DNA of 64,000 nucleotides from Octopus sinensis. Lineage: Eukaryota. The position numbers and the translations under genes were made by a program. Below are positions 23,247-36,859 of the stretch, piece after piece (position 1 is the first letter of the stretch; each line of letters opens with the position of its first letter). The notes under the pieces were generated by a model. That model made no database searches. It was not told where the DNA came from and saw nothing but the letters and a program-made list of their open reading frames with translations. The stretch lies in contig NC_043020.1 of assembly GCF_006345805.1 (NCBI RefSeq), positions 9,300,001 to 9,364,000 of the forward strand, written 5' to 3'.

Positions 23247-23554
23247 GTATCGAACCAGTGTTTCCTTGGATGCAACCATCCCTTCACGAGGTTAACATAT
23301 CCTCTAATTAAATTTATATGTGTGTGTGTGTGTGTATGTTCTTTTATACTTTTACTTGTTTCAGTCATTTTGACCGTGGCCATGCTGGAGCACCGCCTTT
23401 TACTCGAAGAAGTTGACCCCTGGACTTATTCTTTGTAAGCCTGGTACTTACTCAATCGGTCTCTTTTGCCGAACCGCTAAGATACGGGGACGTAAACACA
23501 GCAAGATCGGTTTCAAGCAGTGGGGGGGGGGAACACAGATACAAACACACAAAT

Positions 23555-23604
<50 letters not shown>

Positions 23605-23766
23605 CGACAGGCATACATACACACACATACATGCATGCATACACACACATTCATGCATACATACACACACATACATATTTACATACATTCACACGCATAC
23701 ATATATGGGTATCATTCTACCTATCAACCGCCGACATTCGTATCAGTCTACGAATCAATGTCTATG

Positions 23767-23800
<34 letters not shown>

Positions 23801-24225
23801 ACGAGTCCCCCCCCACCTCTCTCTCTATCTTTCTTTCTTTCAATCTCTCAGTCTCTAAATTTTTACTTATCTCGTCTCCATCTTTGCTTTGATCTCCCGC
23901 TGTGTTTGTGTCTGCTGCCTTTAACAACAAGCGATGATATCTTGATCGACAACGGCTCCATAAATAACGGTTCCTTGCAAACAATAGCCTGAAGAAGGGG
24001 GGAAATTTGCTGATTTTGCAACCCTTTCCATACCGACTCACCTGAAGTCTCCCCCACACACCCACTAATTCTATTATTCAAACTTTCAGCTTGAAATGAT
24101 CTAAATTAAAGCCTTCCTTCAGAAAATCTCCTTGATTTACGTTTCAAACACCATCTTGATAATTATGAAGTTACTATCTGACTCTGTGTCGTCAAAAACG
24201 ACGGCTAAATGTAGTATTTTATATA

Positions 24226-24791
24226 TTGGCTTGTCCGGAAAGTTCTTGCCGATTTATAGTAGCTTACCTTTCGACTTATCTTAGAACATGGTTGAGTCCA
24301 TAAAATAGGATTTAACTACACTTCCATTTAGAGCACAGTTTAAGCTATCTTTTCGTGGAAGAAGGTTTATGTTCCTATAACCTGTGTTAATTATGTAACC
24401 CTTTAAAATGGAAGATAAGAAAGTTCATTTTCGGCACTTGATGCTTTGTAAACCAGACAAAAATTGCTGCAGTTCGGCTGGGATGTGTTGCTCCACCCTC
24501 CATATTCACCAGATATTGCTCCTTCGGATTTCCACTTATTCAGGTCTCTGCAGAATAGTCTTAATGGTAAAAATTTCAATTCCTTGGATGATGTAAAAAG
24601 ATACTTTGATGAATTCTTTGCCATAAAACCACCTCAATTCTGGGAAGAGGGTAATTTCAAGTTAAAGGAAAGATGGAGACGCATTGGGCAACAAAATGGT
24701 TCATATTTGGTTGATTAAAAATGTAATGGCAAGTATTTATTGACCTTTTTCTTTCCTTTAAAAATCGGCACGAACTTTCCGGACAACCCAA
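24226..24791 (+). mobile_element. Internally deleted mariner (Tc1/mariner) element
   Basis: ~30-bp TIRs ttggcttgtccggaaagttcttgccgattt / aaaatcggcacgaactttccggacaacccaa with TA TSDs (24224-24225 and 24792-24793). The transposase N-terminus MEDKKVHFRHLML is fused to the C-terminus HPPYSPDIAPSDFHLFRSLQN. Confidence 0.92.
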
Positions 24792-25794
24792 TATAAATAT
24801 GGTTGGTAAATCAAATTAATACGCTTGCCAATATTAACATACATTCATTTACTTTTCGTGTACACGCACACACATATACTCACACTGAGTTAAAACGCTG
24901 TTTAAGTTTTCTTTTCAGCATTGAATGTTCACCATCCCACCAGTTTGCCATCACCCCTTCCTTCTTTGGGCCTTTTATCAAAATTTCATGTTAATTTATG
25001 TTCTAAAAACCAACTTAATGATGGCAAATTTTTTGTAAACTTCATTATTTTAAAAATGAATTGAAACTAAGACACTGTAATTCAACGGATATATGGCAGC
25101 AAAAGGACTATAGAAACTTGAAACCTTCGCCAGGCATAGCACCGTAGAGATATAAAGTAACATAGTAATTCTTGATTAACTGAAGCCTGCTAATAACATG
25201 CGTTCATAATGAAGGAAGCAGACGATAGGCTCATATTTAGCTCACGGATCAAGTCTTTTGATACGACAAACGTGCGAGCAAGAAAGAGCAAGCCGTGACT
25301 GTTTCGAAGTTTTACTTGACATAGAATATCTGCGACTATCTTATGTAATGTGTTCTTCGCTTTCTTTAAAGGTATTAGGGGAATTGTGATTTTAGGCGGA
25401 GGAGAAATGGCTGCTATTTATAACAGGCAAAATCGACCGCGGCAGGATTTGAACTCAGAATACCGAGAGCCGGAACGAATAACACAAAGAATTCTTACCC
25501 GGCGCTCTATCGGTTTTGCTAACTTGCTTCTTTCATTATGTTGTGTGATAATATTGTTGAACCCTAGAAACGTTCCATTCGTGACCATCTCATCTTTTAT
25601 TACGGTACTAGTCGTACAGGCCTGGCTGTATGGTTAAGAAGCTCGCTTTCCGACCGGGTGGTTTCGGATTCAGTCCCACTGCGCGGCATTTTTTGGCAAG
25701 TGTCTTCTATGACCCCCGGGCCGATCAATTCCTTGCGAGTAAATTTTATAGATGGAAACTGTGTGGAAGCCTGTTGTATATTATATATATATTA

Positions 25795-25829
<35 letters not shown>

Positions 25830-25840
<11 letters not shown>

Positions 25841-26332
25841 AAACTGAGAATGTGTGTCTTTCTGTCTGTCTGTCTGTCTGTTTCCCTAAAACGTGAGAAC
25901 TACACAACCAATTTCATTCAAATTTTACACATGCCTTACTTAAGGTCCGGAGAGTGTCATCGGCAAAAAAAATTTTTACTTTTTCCTTAGGGCGACCCCA
26001 CAGCAATATCATATCTTCTCCACTATTTCAGTATTACGTGTTAAAAGTGAAACAAAAACATCTCTCTTTTGTAATGCAGACACTTTCACTTTAATACTGA
26101 AACTATTAAAGTGAAAGTATTATATAACAGGGATGAACCATTAACAATGGAGCATTGTTTACAACGAGGTGTTATAATCTCAACACCCAGGAGGTATATA
26201 TATGATCCCCCTTTTTTTTTTAACAAACTTCATGTATTTCCATGAATTTATATTAATATACATATGTGTGTGTGTATCCATATATATATATAACAGAAAA
26301 GTCTAATTCTTCAATTGAATGTAACCGGGCAA
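25830..26332 (+). mobile_element. Non-autonomous Helitron-like element truncated at its 3' hairpin
   Basis: (gtct)n near the 5' end. The body matches 59472-59700. The 3' part aaaagtctaattcttcaattgaatgtaaccgggcaacg matches the CTAG-terminated end at 29180-29232. Confidence 0.7.
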
Positions 26333-26344
26333 CGGTTACATTCA

Positions 26345-27505
26345 ATTGCTCCTACATTATTTGGCATCTTCTCGCTGCTGCTGTCACATGCCTTTGAGAC
26401 ATCAGATGATAGAGTGTTTCTGCACAGTAGAAGTGATGGGAAACTGTTCAATCTCTCGCGTCTGCGTACCAAGACCAAAATCAGAAGCGTACTGATCAAG
26501 GAGATGCTATTTGATGATGATGCCACTCTGGTATCACACACAGAAGAAGCCCTACAAAGGCTCATCAACTATTTTGAGCAAGCATGTATCAACTTTGGCT
26601 TAGTTATCAGCCTCAAGAAGACCAACATCATGGGTCAGGCTACATCGGACATCCCAAACATATATATTGGAGACCACAGACTACAGGAGGAGGAGAAGTT
26701 TACCTATCTTGGCTCTACCGTCACCTACAACCTATCCCTTGATACTGAGCTCAATATACGCATTGGCAAGGCAGCTGCTGTGATGGCCCAACTCTCCAAA
26801 CGGGCATGGGACAACAATAAGCTGACCAAGACCACAAAACTGAAGATTTACCAGGCATGTGTACTTAGCACTCTACTGTATGGAAGTGAGACTTGGACGC
26901 CATACACACGCCAAGAGCGTCGCCTAAATAGCTTTCACCTGCGCTGCCTCCGGAAAATCCTTCGCATCAAATGGCAGAATCATGTCTCCAACAAAGATGT
27001 CCTCAAGCAAGCAGAAATACCAAGCATGTTTGCACTCCTCACACAAAGACGTCTGAGATGGCTTGGACATATTAGCCGTATGGAAGATGGCAGAATCCCA
27101 AAGGAGAGCTTGCTAGGGGCACTAGATCTGTGGGAAGACCGTTCTTGCGATACAAGGATGTTTGCAAAAGGGACATGAATGCCTGCAACATCAATATTAC
27201 CAACTGGGAAGCAGTTGCCAGCAACCGTGGAGATTGGCAACGTACCGTAAAAGAGGGAACACAAAGGAGTGACATAGAGAGAGAGGAGAAATGGAACGAC
27301 AAGAAAAGACGTCAACAAGAAACTATGACATTACAACCAGCCAGGCAAAGTATTCGCTACATTTGCGGCACCTGCCAGAGGGAGTGTTTGTCCAGGATAG
27401 GACTACACAGCCACAGCAGATGTATTAGGACATGAAATGTAAAAGCCTGACTAGATTATTTTATGCGCAACTCCATTGTCTCCCGAGACAAAAAGGATGC
27501 CATCA
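26345..27505 (+). mobile_element. 5'-truncated RTE (BovB-like) LINE, RT C-terminal half to 3' end
   Basis: ORF 26315-27178 encodes APTLFGIF...EMLFDDDATL...FTYLGS...YQACVLSTLLYGSETW...LRWLGHISRM. After a frameshift it continues RYKDVCKRDM...CGTCQRECLSRIGLHSH*. The 3' end is RTE-type (tccattgtctcccgagaca..ggatgcc). The YADD-equivalent motif is mutated to FDDD. Confidence 0.92.
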
Positions 27506-27809
27506 AAAATATATATGGATTTCGTAGACAGGAACTGAAACAAATCAATCATATATATATGTATGTATATATGTAAGTCTATGTGTGTGTCTTTGTGTTT
27601 CTCTCTCATCACTGCTGTTCATTTATTTACATCCACATAACTTACTAATTTCGCAAGAAGAAACTAATAGAATAAGTACCAGGCTTATCAACATAAAAAA
27701 AGCACTAGGCTGTGTCTCATAATTTTGTTTGCCCATTCATTTGTATCTATCAATTTATCTTTGTATGTGTGTGTATATATATCTCTATCTATATCTATCT
27801 ATCTATATG

Positions 27810-27840
<31 letters not shown>

Positions 27841-27868
27841 ATCTCTATATATACATATATATATAGAT

Positions 27869-27917
<49 letters not shown>

Positions 27918-27919
27918 TA

Positions 27920-29232
27920 TATAGAACACCCTAATGGGAGCCTTAACTCCCAAATTTTAGTCATTTCTTTTATAATCCAAAACTAATCGAAAGTACTGAA
28001 TGGATCTTTATGAAATTTGGAAATTATATTCTATGCATAAGGGCCATATCCCCCATGACAATTCATATATTTTTGCTGTTGATGAAATTTTAACCATAGA
28101 TATTAGACACAAATGAAGTGATATTTATAAAATTTCATCTTCTTACAAGTTAGAAAGACCCCGCCATGGGGACTTAACACCTACAATTTTGTCATTTTAT
28201 CTAAGCAAAAACGAATACAGTTGTGCTCTTGGAAGCTGTAGAGTTACCCGAGCATAAAAGTTGAGCATTATTTCTAATTCAATGGTACAACAGTTTGCTT
28301 TGACATGCACTTATGTGGTGATTTCTGTAATGTGGTGCATAAATTGTCGAGTAAATGAGAGGCATCTTTGCCTCCACTGATTCAGTTGCAAAGTGTTGAG
28401 TAAAGTTATTTGATTGCAGACCTCCTTTCAGTCTTTTTATTATCACTGGGTCACACATAGTCTCCAGATGGTAACATTGATTTCAAGGCCTTTCCAGATG
28501 AGTGACTGCTTATTCAAAGACATTTATAGATTGTAAATTTATTCTGTCCAGTTACGTATCAGTATAGTGGTCATTTGCAAACTCCAGTGGTGACACCTTC
28601 ATTTCTCCTTAGCTCTCACGTCACCCAGTTGTTAATGTTGATTTCAGTTGGGTCATGCCCTTCCAATTGCTATACATTCGTAATGCATCTTACGGCTATG
28701 CCTGTCACCTGGATGGTGAGGAATCCTACATTAGGAGTGGTGCCGACTAGGGTAGGGTAACTGACTGCTTATTGTGATCATTCGTCTTTTGGTTTCCTGT
28801 AGCTTTGCTCTCTTTTACAAACCCAGTGAACATATATTTCCTATTTCAAAGAAATTGAAACAATAGATATAAGACGCAAGTTAAAAAGATTCTCAACAAT
28901 TCAACTTCTCTGGTTGACATTAAGATGCCCACCCCCAACAGGGGCCTTAACTCTCACATTTTAGAGCTCCATGACCTTCATTTTCCAGGAGCAAAATCTT
29001 TTTAACAGGTTCAATAAGACTGGAATTTTGGAATATGCGCATAAAAATCAGTAGTATGGGATACATGTGACACGATTACAATTTTGTTTGGGTGTATTAA
29101 GAGGGAAATAACCCTCATCTGCAATTTTGATGAAATTCGAAACATAGATATTCCAGTTCATTACAAAAAATATAACGGAAAAGTCTAATTCTTCAATTGA
29201 ATGTAACCGGGCAACGCCGGGTGTCTTTGCTA
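27920..29232 (+). mobile_element. Probable Helitron-like element with internal repeats; 5' boundary uncertain
   Basis: Ends in a hairpin ccgggcaacgccggg followed by CTAG|T (29229-29233). An internal motif (ggg-gccttaactc-ca-atttt) recurs at ~27930, 28160 and 28940. Confidence 0.5.
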
Positions 29233-29317
<85 letters not shown>

Positions 29318-29588
29318 CTTGTTTTAGTCATTTGATTGCGGCTATGATGGAGCACCACATTGAAGAGTTTTAGTTTAACAATTCGATTCCAAGACTTATT
29401 TTTTAAGCTTAGTACTTATTCTATCGGGCTCTTTCGCCAAACCACTAACTTACAGGAACGAAACACACGAAACGATACAAAGACACACACACACACACAT
29501 TTATATATAATATATAAATTAGTATTAAACTTTTCCCTGTAAGTTTGGAGTTTACTCCCTAATATTATTATTATTGTTATTATATATA

Positions 29589-29621
<33 letters not shown>

Positions 29622-29832
29622 ATGTATGTATGTATGTGTGTTTGTCTGTCTGTTCCCCACCATTGCTTGACAACCGATGTTGGTGTTTACGTCCCCGTAA
29701 ATTAGCGGTTCGGCAAAAAAAAACGATAGAATAAGTACTAGGCTTGGAAAAAATAAGTCCTGGGGTCGATTTGTTCGATTATAGGTAGTACTCCAGCATG
29801 GATGAAGTAAAATGACTGAAACAAATAAAAGA

Positions 29833-29893
<61 letters not shown>

Positions 29894-30687
29894 CGACGGG
29901 CTTCTTTCAGTTTCCGTCTACCAATCCACTCACAGTGGGACTGAACCCCGAACCATGTGGTTGGGAATCAAGTTTCTTACCACACAGTCATATATATATA
30001 TTTTGTGTGTGTATCCACCGCTTGACAACCGGCGTTTGTTTGTTAACATTCTCGTAACATAGCGGTTCAGCAAAACAGACTGTCAGGATATGTACCAAAC
30101 TGAATAAATAACAAAAAAAAGTCTTGAATCGATTCGTTGGACTAAAACTCTTCAAGGTGGTGCTCCAGTATGGCCAAGAGTCAATGGCCGAAATAAGTAA
30201 AGGAGAAAAGATAAAGTATATTCCAGTGGATCTGTGAATAAGAGACAATACAGTTGTGGCCATCCTATGTCAATGTCCTATGGGTGACTTTTCAAGGACG
30301 GAAACTGGACGACAAGATTCCCCAACACCACTTTGCCTTCTCTCGCTTCGTTTCCGCCTTGAATTTTTTCTTTCTTTCTCTCTCTCTTTCAGTACCACTT
30401 CCTCTAGGGAATTCCAGTGGGATGATATTTTGGAGAAGAAGGATTAGGTGGAGTGTTTAGTGTGAAAGGGAAGCGGGGAGGAGATCATGAGCAGAGGAAG
30501 GGTTGGACTATGTCTGTCTGTATGTATGTATGCTTGAATATGTTTCAATATGTGTACGTGCCTCACCAGCCACCTCCGGTCTCACAGCAGCAATTTCACC
30601 AAATGATGTCAATGGTCATCTTCGAACCCGAAGGACGAACATTCATTCATTCATGTATGTGTGTATGCAAATATGAGTGTATGTATG

Positions 30688-30990
30688 TGTTGTATAGTGA
30701 AACAGTATACTCCTCCAGGTAAAAAGTGGTTATAAATAGCCATTACAGACCAGTAGTCGGTCATCGAGAGAGGATCGAAAGCCGAAGAGTTGAGTGTCGA
30801 CAATTCTAGTCGGTGTCTTGTGGAGCTATCAGCGATAGTTAAGACAGGAGTTAGTGTATTACTATTCCGGTACGAAAAGATACAACGGTAGCTGATGACT
30901 AGGAACTGTTTTGGCTACTAGTGTAAAACAGCAACTACAGTACAACGGCAGTCACACATCACACCAGCGGGAGGAACCCATTTTACAACA
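30688..30990 (+). mobile_element. Solo LTR (303 bp)
   Basis: TGTTGTA...TACAACA inverted termini, a perfect 5-bp TSD GTATG (30683-30687 and 30991-30995), and a TATAAATA box at ~30731. Strand is inferred only from the TATA box. Confidence 0.85.
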
Positions 30991-31210
30991 GTATGGTGTG
31001 TACATTTACGTTTCTTTCAAGCAATGGTGGCACGGGTACACATACACATGCATACACACAGTATTTCCGCTACAAAAGTAGAGTATCCTAGCTACAACAT
31101 CATGTCTCATCGGTGATATCTTCGGTGTTAACTCCAGAAAGTCTGCATCGGTTGTCACATTTTACTGTTTTTCCAGCATCTCTGTCTCTTTTGCACATCA
31201 GGTATATGAA

Positions 31211-31440
31211 GGCGGCGAGCTGGCAGAAACGTTAGCACGCCGGGCAAAATGCTTAGCGGTATTTCGTCTGTCGTTACGTTCTGAGTTCAAATTCCGCCGA
31301 GGTTGACTTTGCCTTTCATCCTTTCGGGGTCGATAAATTAAGTACCAGTTACGCACTGGGGTCGATGTAATCGACTTAATACCTATGTCTGTCCTTGTTT
31401 GTCCCCTCTATGTTTAGCCCCTTGTGGGCAGTAAAGAAAT
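31211..31440 (+). mobile_element. SINE family B, full length
   Basis: Runs ggcggcgagctggcag...aaagaaat. It splits the R4-like reading frame with a short ggtat duplication. Confidence 0.9.
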
Positions 31441-31668
31441 GGGTATTTGGTTGATATTTCCGGTTCCTGGATTGCAAACGCATACCTTTCAAAGTGGGAG
31501 ATTATTGGTCCACGATAGACTACTTAGATGATCAATGTTACTATCATCTCGGAGGTTTCTACTAACATATCCATGTATAGTCTTCTGCTCATACAGGCTC
31601 ATCCTTTCATGTAATGATACGCTACGATAGAGTCATGCGACTTCTTTGGGCATGTATTCTAGGTTCGT

Positions 31669-32052
31669 GGAGGCGCAATGGCCCAGTGGTTAGGGCAGCG
31701 GATTCGCGGTCATAGGACCGCGGTTTCGATTCCCAGACCGGGCGTTGTGAGTGTTTATTGAGCGAAAACACCTAAAAGCTCCACGAGGCTCCGGCAGGGG
31801 ATGGTGGTGATCCCTGCTGTACTCTTTCACCACAACTTTCTCTCTCTCTTACTTCCTATTTCTGTTGTACTTGCATTTCAAGGGGCCGGCCTTGTCACTC
31901 TCTGTGTCACGCTGAATATCCCAGAGAACTACGTTAAGGGTACAAGTGTCTGTGGAGTGCTCAGCCACTTACACGTTAATTTCACGAGCAGGCTGTTCCG
32001 TTGATTCGGATCAACCGGAACCCTCATCGTCGTAACCGACGGAGTGCTTCCA
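31669..32052 (+). mobile_element. SINE family C, full length
   Basis: Runs ggaggcgcaatggcccagtggttagggcagcg...cggagtgcttcc. Confidence 0.9.
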
Positions 32053-33552
32053 AGATTCTAGATTATCAGACAAGGAATGTTGCTCAAGGAGCTGCCTTCC
32101 AAGTCTTGTGATGTTTTCAGCCTCATGTATGTAAACTTGGTCAAGGGATGCACGTCGACACTTGATGGTTAAAAGATGTTGCCGAAGGGATATGATAAGA
32201 TATTCAATGGCATTTTGGATCGCTGTTAAGCTTCTGTCACCTTCGTTTTAGGTAGAAGCGGTCTATGTCACTGTTGATGTGGAAATTATGTGCGCTTGTT
32301 AGTATTTTTCGGGTTTTCACATCAATGGCTCAGATCTCATCAAGCAGCCCAAATGTTGGTATGAGGACTGGCATTGCAAACACATTGTGGGCCACTGTTT
32401 TATTGAATGCGGGGAGTTCTGAGGTCCAGATTTTCATCATTTGGCTGTGATATTCTTTAGTGACACGTGTTTTATATGTATGTATGTACGTGCGTGCATG
32501 CACGCACGTACGTACTTATGTACGTACGTACATAATGTATTTAAAAAGGTACTGATAGAAAAAGTATCAGGCTTTACAACAGACAATAAGTCCTGGGGTC
32601 GATTCGTTCGACTAAAAATTCTTCAAGGCGGTGCCCCAGCATGGCCGCAGTCTAATGACTGAATCAAGCAAAAAGATATAAGAAAAAGAAGATAAAAAAA
32701 CTAGCGTATTTCATGGCATATAAAACGCACTTTTTTCCGACCCCAGGAAAATATCTCCCTCCTCCCCCCAACCCCGTCATTTGCGCAAAACCTGGGGTTG
32801 TATTACGTGATGCACACTAAAATCCTAGCGCGTCGGACAAAATGCCGCTAAGCATTTACGTTCTGAGTTCAAATTCTGCCGAGGTCGACTTTGCCTTTCA
32901 TCTTTTCAGGGTCGATGAAATAAACACCAGTGAAACTCTGGGGTCGATATCATAGACTAGCCCCTGCTCCCGCCCAATTCCAGACCTTGTGCCTACAGTA
33001 GAAAAGATTATTATTATTATTATTGATTTGACTCAGGTTCGTTCTTATTCCTGGTAGCAGGTCACCACCCGTAACCCTAGGTATCCATCCACAAGCTTTC
33101 AATAGTCTTTTGAGGGCTTAAAAACTTCCTCATAATCTTTCCTGTCTCTTACAGGTAAACTTTTCGTAGAAGCTCCATCACCACCACCACACTACTGCTG
33201 CTGCTGCTACTACTACTAGTACTTATTTATTTATTTATTGTTGCCCCTGAAAAGGCGCTCCAGAAATCGGGGTTGTCTACATATACGCGTGCGTCTTTTT
33301 ATGCCATCAAAATACAGAAACCATTTTGTTGCTCCACTTTTTCTGGACTATTTGTTTCTAAGGCGATACGAGTCGTCTCCCTTGCAACTTCGGGCTTTAA
33401 GCGACATCACTGGAATGGTTTACTATGAAGCAGCGATCTTCTGGAAAACATTTTCAACAGCAAAAACGCAAAAAGAAAGGAAAGAAATTTCTTTCTTCTC
33501 TTATAGAATTCCATTCACAGTGAAAATGAGATAGTATAAGGATATTGATCTA

Positions 33553-33745
33553 CGCAGGAGTGGCTGTGTGGTAAGTAGCTTGCTTATCAACCACCTGGTT
33601 CTGGGTTCAGTCCCACTGTGTGGCACCTTGGGCAAGTGTCTTCTACCATAGCCTCGGGCCGACCAAAGCCTTGTGAGTGGATTTGGTAGACGGAAACTGA
33701 AAGAAGCCTGTCGTGTATATGTATATATATATATATGTGTGTGTA

Positions 33746-33782
<37 letters not shown>

Positions 33783-34005
33783 ATATGTATATATATGTAT
33801 GTGTGTATCTGTCTTTGTCCCCCTAGCATTGCTTGACAACCGATGCTGGTGTGTTTATGTCCCCGTTAACTAGCGGTTCGGCAAAAAAGACCGATAGAAT
33901 AAGTACTGGGCTTACAAAGAATAAGTCCCGGGGTCGATTTGCTCGACTAAAAAGGTGGTGCTCCAGCATGGCCGCAGTCAAATGACTGAAACAAGTAAAA
34001 GAGAG
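33553..34005 (+). mobile_element. SINE family A, full length
   Basis: Complete head, body and tail with an internal (TA)n(TG)n. Confidence 0.9.
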
Positions 34006-34763
34006 TATATAACTATGCAATGTAGGCGACGGAGTTTGGCGCAGTCATTAGAACGCCGGACATAAAGGCCTTGTAGTATTTAGTTCCTCTCTCTGCGCTC
34101 TTGAGTTCAAGATTCTGCAGGCGGAGGCGCATGCCTGTGTGATCAAGAAGCTTGCTTTACAACCACGAAATTTCGAGTTCAGTCCCACTGCACGGCATCT
34201 TGGGTAAGGTCCGTCCAATTCTTGGCGAGTGAAAATGAATTTGGTGGACGGAGACTGTGTGGAAGCCCGTCATATATAAGTGTAGCTCCCATCCTCCAAT
34301 TTGTGTCGATTTATTTACATCTCCATAACTTAGCGGTTCACCAAAGAAACCGACAGGGTAAGTACCAGACTTAAAAAGAAATAAAGACTGAGTACTACTA
34401 CATTCACGCACAAGGAATTGGTCGGCCGACCCAGGACTATTGTAGAAGAGATATTTGTCCAATGTGCTGTGCAGTGGAACTGAACCCGAAGCTTAGCGAT
34501 TGCAAACACAAGCTCCATAACATCACAGCCAAGTCTGCTCCAGCGACGTAGCGAATGAAGCAGCAAGGGGAACAACCGCGCTCTCCCAAACACATTTTTC
34601 AAAATTGGCGCCTTTTCGACTTTTGCTTCTTAAACTCTTTTAGTTACTTGGATCAGTTGTTAAGTTTTCTACATAATGACATTGTTACTGAAATACGAAA
34701 TTGATAAATATGGAATACAATTACGTATAACTAATGAAATATTTTGGTGTAATATGACAGAAA

Positions 34764-35172
34764 TCTTTATATATAAAAGTCAAGTTGTGTGTCAGTCTCC
34801 TACGATTTAGATTCCTAACTACTCCCACATTTTGCGATGCAGTTTAACCAAATTCGGGTATCTTATAGTCGTGATTCATATCGAGCCCTTCTGGGTATTA
34901 GAGCGCGTCTACGATGAGTCTACGATTTTAAAAATAATTTACCATCATTTTTTTCCATTTTTTTCCATTTTAATGCATTTTTTTCGCTAATTATATAAAG
35001 GAAATAAGTCTCTAAAAATGTCTACGATGTGTCAACGATTTAAAAAAAATTTACCATAATTTTTTTTCCATTTTTAATGCATTTTTTTTGCTATTTTTTG
35101 GCTGTAACTCTCTAAAAATGCTTTATAGTTATTTCCCTTACAAACCCGAGCAACGCCGGGCGATACTGCTAG
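34764..35172 (+). mobile_element. Non-autonomous Helitron (family H1)
   Basis: A|TC 5' end, subterminal hairpin cccgagcaacgccggg, CTAG|T 3' end, no TSD, and internal ~100-bp subrepeats. Confidence 0.85.
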
Positions 35173-35207
35173 TAAGTTTTAAAATATTTGGTATGTGTCA
35201 CAGCGCC

Positions 35208-35373
<166 letters not shown>

Positions 35374-36212
35374 CTCTCTGTCACTAACTTCAAAACCTGG
35401 CTACGCTTCTGGTCTTCAACCAATATAAATGGAATTAAAAAAAAACTAGAATACAAACAGCATCACACAGAAAATAGAATGATGACGTCATTGCTGTCTC
35501 TTTTAGAGATTACGAAAAGAAAGAACACAGGAGAAGCTATAGTTAAATATTTTAAGAAAGTTCAAGTCATTGTTTCACACTTGTGGACAGATTTTCTTGG
35601 TCTTCTCCACATTTCGTAGTAGTTTTCTGTTTTGGTCCATATACTGTGGGAAAAAAAGAATGGAATAGGAGAATGAAAATGGCAACAGCATAGAGATTAG
35701 CATTTCACAATACTCTTTTTACTCTTTTACTTGTTTCAGTCATTTGACTGCGGCCATGCTGGAGCACCGCCTTTAGTCGAGCAAATCGACCCCGGGATTT
35801 ATTCTTTTGTAAGCCCAGTACTTATTCTATCGGTCACTTTTTGCCGAACCGCTAAGTGACGGGGACGTAAACACACCAGCATCGGTTGTCAAGCAATGCT
35901 AGGGGGACAAACAAACACACACACATACACATATATATATATATACATATATACGACAGGCTTCTTTCAGTTTCCGTCTACCAAATCCACTCACGAGGCA
36001 TTGGTCGGCCCGGGGCTATAGCAGAAGACCCTTGCCCAAGATGCCACGCAGTGGGACTGAACCCGGAACCATGTGCATTTTTTTTACTTGTGTATGATTT
36101 GCACCCCTAATTTCGTCTTAAATCTTGAAACAATTTTCCCCCTTCAAAATGTTAGCTTTGATCCGTATAAGTCGTAGCATTCCCGTTTAAAATTTTTTTT
36201 TTTCAGTTGTAA

Positions 36213-36591
36213 TCTTTATATATAAAAGTCAAGTTGTGTGTCTGTCTCCTATGATTTAGATTCCTAACTACTCCCACATTTTGCGGTGCAGTTTAACCAA
36301 AACCGGGTATCTTATAGTCGTGATTCATATCGAGCCCTTCTGGGTATTAGCGCGCGTCTACGATGAGTCTATGATTTAAAAAAAAATTTACCATCATTTT
36401 TTTCGCTATTATATAAGGGAAGTAACTCTCTAAAAATGTCTACGATGAGTCAACGATTTAAAAAAAAATTTACCATTATTTTTTTTCCATTTTTAATGCA
36501 TTTTTTTGCTATTTTTTGGCTATAACTCTCTAAAAATGCTTATATAGTTATTTCCCTTACAAACCCGAGCAACGCCGGGCGATACTGCTAG
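36213..36591 (+). mobile_element. Non-autonomous Helitron (family H1)
   Basis: A|TCTTTATATATAAAAG...hairpin...CTAG|T. Confidence 0.88.
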
Positions 36592-36859
36592 TTAAATATA
36601 AAATACTATAAGTAAATGCATTCTCTGTACCAATTGTCAATTACACGCACACACAACAACAACAACAACAAAAGCAAGTCCCCCTTCGGTCACAAATGAC
36701 CATGGGATTGCACCTTAGATGTTCCCCCTCCGAGGCACAATTTTGGGTATGGTTATTTGTGGAAGATCAGCAGTTGTCCATGCATACCAGCCTCTCCTCT
36801 CAACACCACCAGTGTTATCCAAGGGGAAGGCAAAGGCTATGATACAACTTGGTGCCATC

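Larger units (their letters stand above)
31085..32445 (-). mobile_element. Degenerate R4/Dong-like (RLE-type) non-LTR retrotransposon fragment, interrupted by two SINEs
   Basis: Minus-strand translation gives KIWTSELPAFNKTVAHNVFAMPVLIPTFG...IDVKTRKILT...SDIDRFY, then KTIHGY...IDHLSSLSW...SHFERYAFAIQEPEISTKY|LMCKRDRDAGKTVKCDNRCRL...RHDVVAR. These are motifs typical of the post-RT region and zinc knuckle of R4-clade elements. Confidence 0.75.

Noticed and set aside
24036-24044. Perfect minus-strand splice donor CAG|GTGAGT
   Set aside because: No matching acceptor or open coding frame could be tied to it, so a non-coding exon cannot be supported from sequence alone.
24408-24718. Mariner transposase ORFs as a functional or domesticated gene
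   Set aside because: The element is 566 bp with most of the transposase deleted, including two of the three catalytic Asp residues.
28560-28770. Possible RTE 5'/endonuclease remnant on the minus strand
   Set aside because: It is too degraded, and no diagnostic motif could be read with confidence.
31669-31745. tRNA gene candidates at SINE heads
   Set aside because: A and B boxes are present, but the cloverleaf is incomplete and each continues into a SINE body, often with a TSD.
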